The position numbers and the translations under genes were made by a program. A stretch of DNA of 64,000 nucleotides from a virus. Below are positions 27,991 to 37,769 of the stretch, one piece after another. The stretch lies in the IMG/VR virus record IMGVR_UViG_3300027686_001029. The stretch is one strand, 5' to 3'. The notes beneath the pieces are model-generated. The model searched no databases. It saw only the letters and a program-made list of their open reading frames with translations, and was not told the origin of the DNA. Positions within the stretch are counted from its first letter, which is position 1. Each line of letters begins with the position of its first letter.

Positions 27991-29211
27991 TTATGCTTCT
28001 GGTTCTTCTCCGTCTTCGAAGTCTATTGGTTCTCCACTTAAATCTGCTCCTCCTGTATCTCCTCCTCCATCGTCAGGTGCTCCTGCGTCACCTCCGGTAG
28101 CTCCACCATCTTCTCCTGGAAAGTCTCCTCCTCCGGTATCTGCTGAATCTACACCGTCAGCATCTGCTGCTTCTTCTCCTGCTCCTTTCATGGGTGATTC
28201 TTTATACAGTATAGCTAATTTATCTAAGGCCTGCTGGTAATCTGCAATATTATTTATATAATATCTTTTTCCTAGTATATTTGCTTCAAATGTTTTACCT
28301 GTCCATTTAAGGAGATAGTCTTGACCATTCTTTAGATTAATTCTAAAAGAAGAAGGTCTAGGTGATATCCAATCTATAGAAGTAACAAATTGTTTAAAAT
28401 CTTCTGTTTGTAATTTAACTAACGCTGCTCTTACAGTTGGAAATTTAGCTAGTATGGTATCAGTTGAATCTTCTAATACTGTTTCTTTAGGAGCATCAGT
28501 ATCTGGTAACTCTTCTGGTGTTGGTTCTTCATCTTCTACTTCATCTAAAAGAGATTCTTGTAAATTTACATTCTTAGGTCCTCTAAGTTTTAGAAGTACT
28601 TGATCTATTTTATTTAATACTGTTCCATATTTATCTGCTATAGGACCTCCTTCTGGTTCAGCTTCCTGCTCCATATCTCTCATTACTTGATCTCTCTTTC
28701 TTTCAAGGTCTTTTATTTTAGCAGCTCTTTCTATATTGTTTTGTTTACCTACAGCAAATTTAGTGTCAGGATGTTTAGCTTGAGCTGCTCTATTTTTAGC
28801 TGCTCTCGTTTTCATAAGAACTGGATCGTTCATATCCATTTCTTGAAGTTCGTCATCTATACTAGTTTCATCGATTATGATACCATTTTGCTGTAATTCT
28901 TCTACTGCATCATGCATATCACCATTATCGGCATTATGAATGTATATGGTATCTGGATCGTTTAATTCAAACTTAACTATACTGTCTTCAAAAGCATTTT
29001 CTAAAATACCTAATGCTTCTATGAATTCAGTTCTTTCTACCCTAATATAATGTACACCATCTGGTGCTTCTATTACATTAGCTCTTTGCTTATCAGCATA
29101 GGTAGGTTCGTCTTCATCGTCACTAGTATCTCCAAAATAACCTTCATTAAGCTCTACCAATACTTCATTATATGATTCCAGAATTAAATTACGTAAGTCT
29201 TTTCCTTTCAT
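27991..29211 (-). CDS. Modular acidic head-associated protein
   Basis: MKGKDLRNLILE tag; modules separated by LxE sites; globular WISPRPSSFRINLKNG domain; Gly/Asp tail. Confidence 0.6.
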   Translation of the reverse strand: MKGKDLRNLILESYNEVLVELNEGYFGDTSDDEDEPTYADKQRANVIEAPDGVHYIRVERTEFIEALGILENAFEDSIVKFELNDPDTIYIHNADNGDMHDAVEELQQNGIIIDETSIDDELQEMDMNDPVLMKTRAAKNRAAQAKHPDTKFAVGKQNNIERAAKIKDLERKRDQVMRDMEQEAEPEGGPIADKYGTVLNKIDQVLLKLRGPKNVNLQESLLDEVEDEEPTPEELPDTDAPKETVLEDSTDTILAKFPTVRAALVKLQTEDFKQFVTSIDWISPRPSSFRINLKNGQDYLLKWTGKTFEANILGKRYYINNIADYQQALDKLAILYKESPMKGAGEEAADADGVDSADTGGGDFPGEDGGATGGDAGAPDDGGGDTGGADLSGEPIDFEDGEEPEA

Positions 29212-29215
29212 ATTA

Positions 29216-31396
29216 TTATATTTCAGTTACTTCTTGATCTACTCCGGTTCCTGCAACATCTTTATCTAACATTGCTTCTAATTTCTTTTTAGTAGCTGTT
29301 AATGATTTAAGTTGGTCAACTACTGATTTATCACCTGCCTTATATTTCTTAGCAAGGTCTTTCATTATAGTAACAACTTGGTCGTGAGCTTTTTTAGTTT
29401 TAGCAACTCCTTCATCTAAATCATCCATATCATCATCTTCAGCAGCCAATTCAATATCTTCTATTAAAGATTCTAATGTTTTATCGTATCTATTAGAACT
29501 TGAACCAAAACTAAATACATCATAAGCTTCACCTGCACTCAATTCTCTAGGAAAATGATCTTTAACTATCTCTCTAGCCTCGTCTCCTAAATTAGCTGCT
29601 TGATCTAATACGTTCTGTAAGTCCATTAGGGCTTCTCTTTGATCTCCTGTTAGTTCTTCTTGTAAGGTTTCTTCTTTTAGTTTACCTGAGCTACGGGCTA
29701 CTAGTTCTTTTGCATACTTATTTCTACCACTTCTTCTTAAGTAGTCTATATAGTCTTGATCTTCTTCTTTAGGGGTTTGAGGTTTTTTGTTTTTACCAAA
29801 GTTATTTCCTAGCCAATGTAGTGTTTTTTCTTCTGACCAATTCCAGTTACCCATTATGTAATCAACTAACTCTTGACCTTTAATTGCTTTTTCATTACCT
29901 TCTCCTTCTTCTAGACTATCTCCTAATCTACCAAATTCAAAGTTTATCTCGTAGTATTCTCCGATAGCTTCCATTACTTCCATTGCCTCTTCTTGTACAG
30001 TAAATCCTGATTCAGCTGCTTTATCAGTAATAAGGTCGACAATTCTTTCCATATCGCCTCTGCCTTCTTTAACAACGCTTTCTAGTGCTAATTGGTCTAA
30101 GGCTGGTTGTTTCTCTTCTGAGTCTAAATAATGGTACGCTGCTGACATATAATCTCTAGCTAAGATTAGCTTCTTTTGCCACCAGTTAGGAAAATCTACT
30201 TCTCCGTCATGTTGGTCATATCTCTGTAGTTTCTTATATAATTTAGCTGCATATTCTGCTGTCTCTAGTGCTGAAGCTCCTAACATGCTAGGTTCATCGT
30301 CTTGATGACCTACATCTACATCTTCATCTTTTCTTGGATTGTCATGCCATCCAGCTTCGTAATCAGCATCATTTTTAGCATCTTCTTCTGCGTCTTCGTT
30401 TTTAGGGGCTGAGTATTTATGTATAGCTTTCTTAATACTGTCTATACTTATATCTCCGTTTCCATCTCCTAGTTTTTCTACTGCTTGATATGCAGTATAA
30501 CCTGTAGCCATAAGGGCAGCAAACTGACCAATTATATCTATATAGGATGGATCTTCATATAATTTATCTTTCTTTTTCTTCTTTCCAAAAGCATTTGGAG
30601 TAAGGTATGCACCTACAGCTCCTGAAGTGTTAGCTTCATCTTCTGTTTCTCCTAAGCTCTTTTCTTTTCCGAGTAAGGCCTGTATCTTTTTGATGGTATC
30701 ACTCTCTGGGTGCTTTTCTAATCTGGCAGCTTCTCTGCTCTTTTCAAATTCTTTATCTTTTGATCTCATATCTTCTTTCATATCTGATTCAAAGTGCTTT
30801 ATTAAAGCTGCTTCTATTATTTCTGTGTGTATTTGTATTTCTCCAGAAGGAAGAAATCCTACTGCTCCTAACTCTTTGCCTTGTAGACTTAAAATACCGT
30901 CTTTAATAGCAAACTTAAAATCATCACTTTTATCTGATGCTTTATATTCTACGTAGATGTCAAAGTAATTAGTATCATTAGTAGGGTTAAAGTTTCTAGC
31001 TTTCATAGTATCTAACTCATCGCCTACTTTTCGTAGAGAATTAGCTAACGCTTTACCTACTTTTTTAGCAATTTCTTGATTCTGTTCAACTGTGATTTCT
31101 TCTTCTTTTATAGTTTCACCTTTAGCTGTTTTAATACCTATAATATCTGTATCTTTCTTAAGTTTGTCAGCTTCTTTTTTATCTAAAGTAACAACTTCGT
31201 CATCTCCTCCTTTAGTCTTAACGAACATAGTCTGCTCTCGCTCTTTTAAGGTAATGAGTTTTTTCTGTAGAGACTCTTTAATTATTTCAAGTTGAGCTTG
31301 GGTTTTGACGGGGGCTAAGTCTATTTTACCGCTTTTCAATTTATTGAGAGCAGTTTGTACTTTTGTTAGCCTATCATTAACTTCTTTATATGTCAT
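29216..31396 (-). CDS. Modular 726-aa head-associated polyprotein-like protein
   Basis: Discrete modules (EANTSGAVGAYLTPNAF; DVGHQDDEPSM...WWQKKLILARDY...YL) separated by LxE/VxE sites. Confidence 0.6.
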   Translation of the reverse strand: MTYKEVNDRLTKVQTALNKLKSGKIDLAPVKTQAQLEIIKESLQKKLITLKEREQTMFVKTKGGDDEVVTLDKKEADKLKKDTDIIGIKTAKGETIKEEEITVEQNQEIAKKVGKALANSLRKVGDELDTMKARNFNPTNDTNYFDIYVEYKASDKSDDFKFAIKDGILSLQGKELGAVGFLPSGEIQIHTEIIEAALIKHFESDMKEDMRSKDKEFEKSREAARLEKHPESDTIKKIQALLGKEKSLGETEDEANTSGAVGAYLTPNAFGKKKKKDKLYEDPSYIDIIGQFAALMATGYTAYQAVEKLGDGNGDISIDSIKKAIHKYSAPKNEDAEEDAKNDADYEAGWHDNPRKDEDVDVGHQDDEPSMLGASALETAEYAAKLYKKLQRYDQHDGEVDFPNWWQKKLILARDYMSAAYHYLDSEEKQPALDQLALESVVKEGRGDMERIVDLITDKAAESGFTVQEEAMEVMEAIGEYYEINFEFGRLGDSLEEGEGNEKAIKGQELVDYIMGNWNWSEEKTLHWLGNNFGKNKKPQTPKEEDQDYIDYLRRSGRNKYAKELVARSSGKLKEETLQEELTGDQREALMDLQNVLDQAANLGDEAREIVKDHFPRELSAGEAYDVFSFGSSSNRYDKTLESLIEDIELAAEDDDMDDLDEGVAKTKKAHDQVVTIMKDLAKKYKAGDKSVVDQLKSLTATKKKLEAMLDKDVAGTGVDQEVTEI

Positions 31397-31426
31397 CTTT
31401 ATTTAACTTTTTATGGAGGTATCTTA

Positions 31427-31434
31427 TATAAATA
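31427..31434 (-). promoter_or_regulatory. Candidate late promoter box TATTTATA
   Basis: About 31 nt upstream of ATG 31396. Confidence 0.65.
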
Positions 31435-31436
31435 GA

Positions 31437-32066
31437 TTAGTTATCCCAAATAATATTCTTAAACTTCTCAGGTTCTGTACCAAAGAATTCTGTTCGCCAA
31501 AGGGACTGTTCGAAAAAGTCGAGATTAATCCACTCATCTTTCCTTCCCCACAATTCTTTTGCTGCATGATCCCAGTCTAAGTTAAGAACTAATCTCTCAA
31601 TTTCCAACTTTTTTTCAAGTACTTTATCGTACTCAAAAGAATCCCATTCGTAGTGAAATACTTCAAATACTGCATCTGGAGATACATAATCTATAGAGAT
31701 ATCTATACCCCATTTTGGTTTCATTTTAATAAGTTTATAGAGCATTGGATTATAATCTTCTGCAAATATCTCTAATTGCTGTAATGCTTGATCTTTAAAT
31801 CCTTTTCTTTCAAATAAGTCTGAGTGATTTATATGAGCTCCTGATTTCTTATCCCATGTAATCCAGTCGTGTCTAAGACAGTCCTCATGACGTCTTTCTA
31901 TAGCTTCAAATCCATTACGTGATAAGTATGCTTGTTCAGCTTTTGTTAAGTGGTAGCCGTTTTGATCGAATAAATCAACACAGTTAGGGTCTTTGAGTAT
32001 AGACGGGTCTTCTATAGCATCTAGAAAGTACCCTTGAGGAGTTAGTTTACTATCGCTTAATTTCAT
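31437..32066 (-). CDS. Hypothetical protein (Trp/Asp-rich)
   Basis: 209-aa ORF coupled to the upstream gene. Confidence 0.6.
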   Translation of the reverse strand: MKLSDSKLTPQGYFLDAIEDPSILKDPNCVDLFDQNGYHLTKAEQAYLSRNGFEAIERRHEDCLRHDWITWDKKSGAHINHSDLFERKGFKDQALQQLEIFAEDYNPMLYKLIKMKPKWGIDISIDYVSPDAVFEVFHYEWDSFEYDKVLEKKLEIERLVLNLDWDHAAKELWGRKDEWINLDFFEQSLWRTEFFGTEPEKFKNIIWDN

Positions 32067-32389
32067 TTTTTACCGCCTTTCATATTAGCACACCAATGGT
32101 ACATTTTAGCTTTCTCGCCTGAAGCGTTCTTAGCCTTTCTGCGAAGGTCAGTTACAGAACCATTACAGCTAGCACCAGATTTTTTTACTCTACCTGGTTT
32201 TGACTTACCTTTCTTTTTACCGTCCTTAAAGTTCTCTAAAGCATGAGGGGTATTATTATGTCCACATTTATGACACATATATAAATCATCACCTCCGTCT
32301 TCTTTGTTCCAGCTCCAACCGCAATTATCACAAATGATTTTACTATCAGTTATGATCTCTCCTATAAGTTGTGCTAGAGTTAATTTCAT
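32063..32389 (-). CDS. Zinc-ribbon plus basic-domain protein with tag
   Basis: CDNC...CHKC; Lys-rich C-terminal domain with two Cys; MKLTLAQLIGE. Confidence 0.65.
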   Translation of the reverse strand: MKLTLAQLIGEIITDSKIICDNCGWSWNKEDGGDDLYMCHKCGHNNTPHALENFKDGKKKGKSKPGRVKKSGASCNGSVTDLRRKAKNASGEKAKMYHWCANMKGGKK

Positions 32390-33471
32390 TTTAATTTATT
32401 ATCAGCTTTTCTTTTAGCTTTTTGAGCTGCTACGTCTGCATCTTTTCTATCTTTAGTAGCTTTAGACATAGGCCATTTGTAATTTGAACCTTGATGTTCT
32501 GTTTCTTTTAGTTTATTACCTGCTTTAACTGCATCTTTATGTGCATTAGAATTACCATGAGAAGATTTCTTACCTGCTTTTTTCTTAGCATTAATATTAG
32601 CCCAAAGACCTTCTTCGGTCGTATCTTCTGCTACTACATCTTTATAGTGCTCATACATCTCTCTTCTAAACTCTTCTAATTCTTGATCATTTAATTTTCT
32701 ATAAACGTTCTCTCTTAAATGAGCAATAATATCTCTAGCGTATGTATACCCTTTACCGAGGTCATCTTCGTTATACTGTGTGGCTTTAGGTACTTTAGAT
32801 CTTGTCTTATCTTTTGGATCTGATTTACGAGCTCCTCTTTCTTTAGCATCTGCAGACATAGTTCCTTTTACAAGGTTGCCAGATTTAGTGAAGTAATGTC
32901 CTGATGGTGCTCCTTTAGTCTCAGATTTATTAATCTTCTCACCAGCTTTAACTGCATCTTTATGTGCATTAGAATTTTTATGGGCAGGTTTTGCACCTCT
33001 AGCCTTTTTAGCTCTTATGTTAGCCCAAAGACCTGGTTTTCCTTCTGCTAATACTTCTATAATTTCTTCATAAGTCTTTTCTTCCATTACCCTTCTCATT
33101 TTCATAAGTTCGTATTGCTCCGGTCTTTCGTTCCTGAGGTATGTTTGTAGTTGTCTATAAGTAGTTTTTATTATATCGAATAACTGTCTAGCATCTTTAT
33201 CGCCTGCTATTTCTTGATTCTTTGCAAGATATTTAACACTCCCGACCAATTTAGAGTATATTAAGTACATACTTTCAAAAGAAGGCATATTAATAGGTCT
33301 ATGGGTTACGCTACCTGTTGTTTTATTTTCACCGTCAAATTTAAAATAAGTCTTTTTATCTCCAGATAGAAAATCTTGAGGGTGTACTTCACCATATCTA
33401 TCTGCTAACTTTTTTTGATATTTAGCAGGTAAAGTGCTTACTCTTATAGTATCTTTATTAGTTTCTTTCAT
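32386..33471 (-). CDS. Modular basic protein with two GLWANIxAKK...NSNAHKDAVKAG repeats
   Basis: DNA-level repeat at about 32518-32600 and 32945-33030; LxE-delimited modules. Confidence 0.6.
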   Translation of the reverse strand: MKETNKDTIRVSTLPAKYQKKLADRYGEVHPQDFLSGDKKTYFKFDGENKTTGSVTHRPINMPSFESMYLIYSKLVGSVKYLAKNQEIAGDKDARQLFDIIKTTYRQLQTYLRNERPEQYELMKMRRVMEEKTYEEIIEVLAEGKPGLWANIRAKKARGAKPAHKNSNAHKDAVKAGEKINKSETKGAPSGHYFTKSGNLVKGTMSADAKERGARKSDPKDKTRSKVPKATQYNEDDLGKGYTYARDIIAHLRENVYRKLNDQELEEFRREMYEHYKDVVAEDTTEEGLWANINAKKKAGKKSSHGNSNAHKDAVKAGNKLKETEHQGSNYKWPMSKATKDRKDADVAAQKAKRKADNKLK

Positions 33472-33833
33472 TATAAATTTATTTTATCTGAGTGCATCAT
33501 TAACATTCTTATAATAATAGATGCTAATGCACCGAAAATAATCCACAAAGCTTTAGTTGTAGCTGATTTCCATTGTTTTAATTCTTTAATGTCAGACATA
33601 TGGTATTGAAACTTTTCTTCACCTTCTTCCATTTTACGTCGAAAGTCTGAGTTTTTATTAGTTTTTACGATGATACCGTCTTCTGGGTTCATTAACATAT
33701 ATTTCATATCCGATATATCCTCCTTTAAATCATGCAAGTCCGCTTGGATAATTTTCATTTCACCATTTGGCATATGTGTCTTAATATGCCTTATCTCTTT
33801 TAATAGCGAATCTAGTGTCTCTTTTTGAGTCAT
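33471..33833 (-). CDS. Coiled-coil protein with a C-terminal TM helix (holin/XhlA-like topology)
   Basis: TKALWIIFGALASIIIRMLMM hydrophobic segment. Confidence 0.5.
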   Translation of the reverse strand: MTQKETLDSLLKEIRHIKTHMPNGEMKIIQADLHDLKEDISDMKYMLMNPEDGIIVKTNKNSDFRRKMEEGEEKFQYHMSDIKELKQWKSATTKALWIIFGALASIIIRMLMMHSDKINL

Positions 33834-33856
33834 TCTAACGTTAATTAATTATATAT

Positions 33857-33864
33857 TATAAATA
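33857..33864 (-). promoter_or_regulatory. Candidate late promoter box TATTTATA
   Basis: About 24 nt upstream of ATG 33833. Confidence 0.65.
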
Positions 33865-33867
33865 TAA

Positions 33868-34449
33868 CTATACTATGTGTTTATTTAGAATATCTAAATA
33901 ATCTTTTACGTTCTTTATAACTTGTTTTTTAGCACTGCTATTAGAGTTCCAGTCTTCTATTACTCCGTCCTCTGTTACTACATCTTGACTCTCGTTAACA
34001 AAGTCAACTGACCAGTCTTGTATATCTTGTGCAAATGCTCTCATATTACCTTGCATCATTCTTTTTTCATACTGATCGTATAATCCGGCTTTCTTTAAAG
34101 CTTGTTCATTTTCTACAGTACAGTTAAAACACACACCGTGTATCTTATACATTTTTTTTGCTAACCAATGAGTCATTTTTCCTTTGCATTGAGGACAAGC
34201 TAATGGAATTCGTATAGCTTTTTTTGCTGCATCTAATTTAGTAATGTTTTGCTTTAAACCATTTTTAATCGTCCAGCTCTTACCTCCTTCATTCCATATG
34301 TCTCCTTCAATACGTCTAACGTATGATTTTTGATATCCTGTTTGTGTTTTAGTAGAGCCTGTAAAGTCCTTATTTACTAGGTTCCTTGCTCTTTGTAAAT
34401 CACTTTCTTTGAATTCTTTTTTTAATAACGATTCTTTTTCATCACGCAT
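33868..34449 (-). CDS. Hypothetical Zn-finger protein
   Basis: CPQC...H...CFNC. Confidence 0.6.
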   Translation of the reverse strand: MRDEKESLLKKEFKESDLQRARNLVNKDFTGSTKTQTGYQKSYVRRIEGDIWNEGGKSWTIKNGLKQNITKLDAAKKAIRIPLACPQCKGKMTHWLAKKMYKIHGVCFNCTVENEQALKKAGLYDQYEKRMMQGNMRAFAQDIQDWSVDFVNESQDVVTEDGVIEDWNSNSSAKKQVIKNVKDYLDILNKHIV

Positions 34450-34990
34450 AACCTAACTCTTTTAATTTATTTATAACATGGTTAGTATCTCCGTCTTTAC
34501 ATCTTATTGCAATTCCGCCTTTAGCTGCCCATTCATTTATATTAGACGGTTTATCGTCTATTAATATACTATTCTCATTTGCATACCTCTGTTTATCTTT
34601 AGAGTACGCAAGTATTACTTTTGGCTTCGGACTTAAGTTATTCTTAGCCCATAACTGTTTACCTAGTCTTGAACTATTATCTCTAGAAGGAGAAGTTAAT
34701 AGGTCTGGTTGATATTGTTTAATAAAATTCCATAATTCTTGACCTTGTGGCATCCAGCCCATACCTATCCAAAACTTTATTCCTACCTCTACATCTATTA
34801 AGTTCCAAAACTTCTGGAGTCCATATTGTTTTTCATATACTTGAGGATGTTTACCTGTATAGTGTTCAAATCTTGATTCGAAATCTGTTAGTACTCCATC
34901 CATATCACAGTATATTTTATACGGTGGTACTTCTTTTTGTTCTGGCAGAGGGTATCCTTCTGCTAATAGTTCACTTATTTTTTGTTTCAT
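34442..34990 (-). CDS. HAD-family 5'(3')-nucleotidase-like phosphatase
   Basis: IYCDMDGVLTDF motif I, LLTSP motif II, K, ILIDDK motif IV; start revised to ATG 34990 (ATGA overlap), giving tag MKQKISELLAE. Confidence 0.85.
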   Translation of the reverse strand: MKQKISELLAEGYPLPEQKEVPPYKIYCDMDGVLTDFESRFEHYTGKHPQVYEKQYGLQKFWNLIDVEVGIKFWIGMGWMPQGQELWNFIKQYQPDLLTSPSRDNSSRLGKQLWAKNNLSPKPKVILAYSKDKQRYANENSILIDDKPSNINEWAAKGGIAIRCKDGDTNHVINKLKELGYA

Positions 34991-36834
34991 AACCTTTGTT
35001 TTATTCCTAAAGCAGGTAAACGTCGATTCCAAAGAGCTTTTATAATAGGTCTTTCTTCTCGTGTTACTTTAGCCTTGTTAAAATAATCATCAACTACATC
35101 TACAAATGGAGTTTTAGATTTTTTAGCTTTAAAGTACATACCTTGAATCATTGCATCTACTTCTTTAGGAAGTTTATAATATTCATCTTTATCTAATAGT
35201 CCAGCATCAATTAGAGCTCTTAAGTCTCCATCATCTGGAATGTATTTACCTTGTTTAAGGTTTTCACCATCTTGGGTGAGGTGTTCTACTTCGTGTCTTA
35301 TTACGTCTTTTAAATCAAAAGATAACTCCTTTAGGTCAATATTAGTTGGTACTTGAAATACTATATTGATAAAAGGGTCTATATCGTCTCCATCGTCATC
35401 ATACCCTGCATTTGCTCCTCCGTCTACAGAGTAGATATCATCTGTTACTTTAATAATAGCTTGAACGTCAAAGCTCATTTTATGTTTTATATCTGCATCT
35501 TCCTGTGGACCGATAGTAATATTAAACTCTCCATCTTCTCCTTTTACTATTGCTTCTTTAAATGAATCAAATATAGTAGAAGAAATACGATTCGTAAGTG
35601 TATCGTAACTACCTTCTGCAACTTGTTCTTTAGGGTTTTTAACTGAATCTTCCCAGTTTCTAAAAGTAATATTGCCCTTTAAGTATGCTTCTTTTTCTAT
35701 TTCTAGCAAGTCATTATCTTCATTAGTATTACTAGTAGATATACCTCCAAGCCTTTTTTCCATATTTTGCATATGGTGAACCATTTCATGAGTAAAGGAC
35801 CTCATTACATCTTTTGGATGTCTTCCTTCTGTATATAAGACAACTTCTTTTATGTTAGGATCATAGTAAGCAGTCTTTCCAAAGAAATTAGAAGCTTCAT
35901 CAATATCTTTTTTAAGTTTAATTTCAGGTAAAGGAGTAATTTTCATTCCCTCATTTAACATATACTCTAATAGGGAAGCCATGTGAGGAGTATAGTCAAA
36001 TGAACTTCTATCTGAGTCATTCTTTAAGCTAACTTCTATTCTATCTTGTTTAAAATTTACTAATACTAATTCAGTGTTGAGTACTGTACGGAGTTTATTA
36101 TATATTTTAACAAGATCTGCTCTATCTTCTGATCTCATTACTCCGTGAGTATTAATTGTATGTTGATTTCTTCTTGGTTTTTCATTTGAAGCAAAACCGT
36201 TAAAGATCTCTTCAATGGTTATGTTCATTTGCTCTGCAATTATACTGTCTTTTAACATGTTAGTAATTTTTAACATTTCTTCTCTTGATAATTCTTTAGG
36301 AAAGAAATCTAAAGTATCATCTAAGTTTCCTGATATTAGCTTATTTCTAAAGTTTGTTGCTCTAATAGCAAGATTTTCTCCTGAAGGTACTAAAGCTAAT
36401 CCCTCTACATTAGTTAGGTTTTTAAATGTTGATATACGTTTTAAATCAATTAAATCTTCTTCTCCTCTTATTCCTGTAACAGCATAAAAGTTTTCTGTTG
36501 GTCTGTCTTTAGCATATACCTTAGCATTTAACATAGGGTTAGGAACTCTATCGTATATTACTACTTCTCCTGGTAAATATTTAGCGTATATTTCCCATAT
36601 TGCCTTAGATTTATCTGCTCCTAAACCATTACGATCTTTTCCTCCTATGAATATAACAACTTTATTTATTGGTTCTGCCTTAGAGTCTTCTCCTTCTAAA
36701 GCCTTTATACCTGCTTCTTTATAATCATCAAGGCCATATAGCTTTCCAGTGAAGGAACCGTTAAGTAGACTCTTAACGACTTCAAAATGACCTCTATGAG
36801 GTGGTTTAAATGCTCCTGGGTATAATGCTATCAT
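34987..36834 (-). CDS. HIGH-superfamily nucleotidyltransferase fused to two zincin-like metallopeptidase domains
   Basis: ALYPGAFKPPHRGH (PPAT/NMNAT-like) and IRATNFR; HEMVH...EKEAY and HEVEH...KEVDA. Confidence 0.75.
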   Translation of the reverse strand: MIALYPGAFKPPHRGHFEVVKSLLNGSFTGKLYGLDDYKEAGIKALEGEDSKAEPINKVVIFIGGKDRNGLGADKSKAIWEIYAKYLPGEVVIYDRVPNPMLNAKVYAKDRPTENFYAVTGIRGEEDLIDLKRISTFKNLTNVEGLALVPSGENLAIRATNFRNKLISGNLDDTLDFFPKELSREEMLKITNMLKDSIIAEQMNITIEEIFNGFASNEKPRRNQHTINTHGVMRSEDRADLVKIYNKLRTVLNTELVLVNFKQDRIEVSLKNDSDRSSFDYTPHMASLLEYMLNEGMKITPLPEIKLKKDIDEASNFFGKTAYYDPNIKEVVLYTEGRHPKDVMRSFTHEMVHHMQNMEKRLGGISTSNTNEDNDLLEIEKEAYLKGNITFRNWEDSVKNPKEQVAEGSYDTLTNRISSTIFDSFKEAIVKGEDGEFNITIGPQEDADIKHKMSFDVQAIIKVTDDIYSVDGGANAGYDDDGDDIDPFINIVFQVPTNIDLKELSFDLKDVIRHEVEHLTQDGENLKQGKYIPDDGDLRALIDAGLLDKDEYYKLPKEVDAMIQGMYFKAKKSKTPFVDVVDDYFNKAKVTREERPIIKALWNRRLPALGIKQRL

Positions 36835-37769
36835 GCTAAGAATGATTGTACTTTAGTATCTATTTCTTTAGGTGTTGAATGTTTTAGTAGTTCTTGAAAT
36901 TCAGGTGAATATATCATGTCAGCGATACTGGTTAGTACTGCATCGCTTTTTTCTTTTTCGCCAACACTTTTATCTTTATATTTTTTTACCGTGTCTTTAA
37001 GTTTATCCTCACCTGGTCCAGTACCTATTTTTTGATAAGACTTAAGGAAGGCTGTTTTTAAAGCTTTATCTTCTGATCTGTTATCTTTATTCCAATCGAC
37101 GTTTACTACAGCTTTATTAAATTCTTGTTCCTCTTCTGAAGACATTACTACTGGTTTAAAGAAAGAGCTTTTCCCTGCTCCTGTCTTTTCGTTATATGCA
37201 GCTAAGTAGTCTTTAATACCGTTAATGCCGTTTTTAGCAGCAGTATTAAATGCCTCTACTTCATTAGTAAATTTACCTCCGTGATCGTTTACAAATATTG
37301 AAAGATTACCTTTAGTCTTCTTTTGAAACTCACCAATTTTTTGATAAGCGTTTCTCCAAGTTGAGAAAACTGATGCTGCAGGTATATTTCTACCTCTAGA
37401 GAAGTTAGAGATATAAGAAATCATAGGGTGACTATATACTAGTATCATATATATATCATAACCTAATGAAATTAACTTATTTAATGTTTCATCAAATCTA
37501 ACTCCCGATGCTGTTGTATCCCATAAAAAACTCATTTTATCATCTGCAGCGGCATTTACGTCTTTATTTATTTGGTTTGATGCAGCTCCTAGGTTATTAT
37601 GGTAGGGATGATCTGGATCTTCAACGTATTTGTCTGGATTAAAAGAAGTTAGTCCTTCTATACCGAGTTGGTTAAGTAGATATGTTTTCCCAGAGCCTGC
37701 TCCTCCTGCCATTATTACAGCTTTAGGTTTATTACTATCTTCGGTTAATATGTGCATTAATTTAATCAT
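36831..37769 (-). CDS. P-loop kinase, zeta-toxin/AAA_33-like
   Basis: AVIMAGGAGSGKT, FNPDKY, FLWDTT, RGRNIP lid; tag MIKLMHILTE. Confidence 0.8.
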   Translation of the reverse strand: MIKLMHILTEDSNKPKAVIMAGGAGSGKTYLLNQLGIEGLTSFNPDKYVEDPDHPYHNNLGAASNQINKDVNAAADDKMSFLWDTTASGVRFDETLNKLISLGYDIYMILVYSHPMISYISNFSRGRNIPAASVFSTWRNAYQKIGEFQKKTKGNLSIFVNDHGGKFTNEVEAFNTAAKNGINGIKDYLAAYNEKTGAGKSSFFKPVVMSSEEEQEFNKAVVNVDWNKDNRSEDKALKTAFLKSYQKIGTGPGEDKLKDTVKKYKDKSVGEKEKSDAVLTSIADMIYSPEFQELLKHSTPKEIDTKVQSFLA

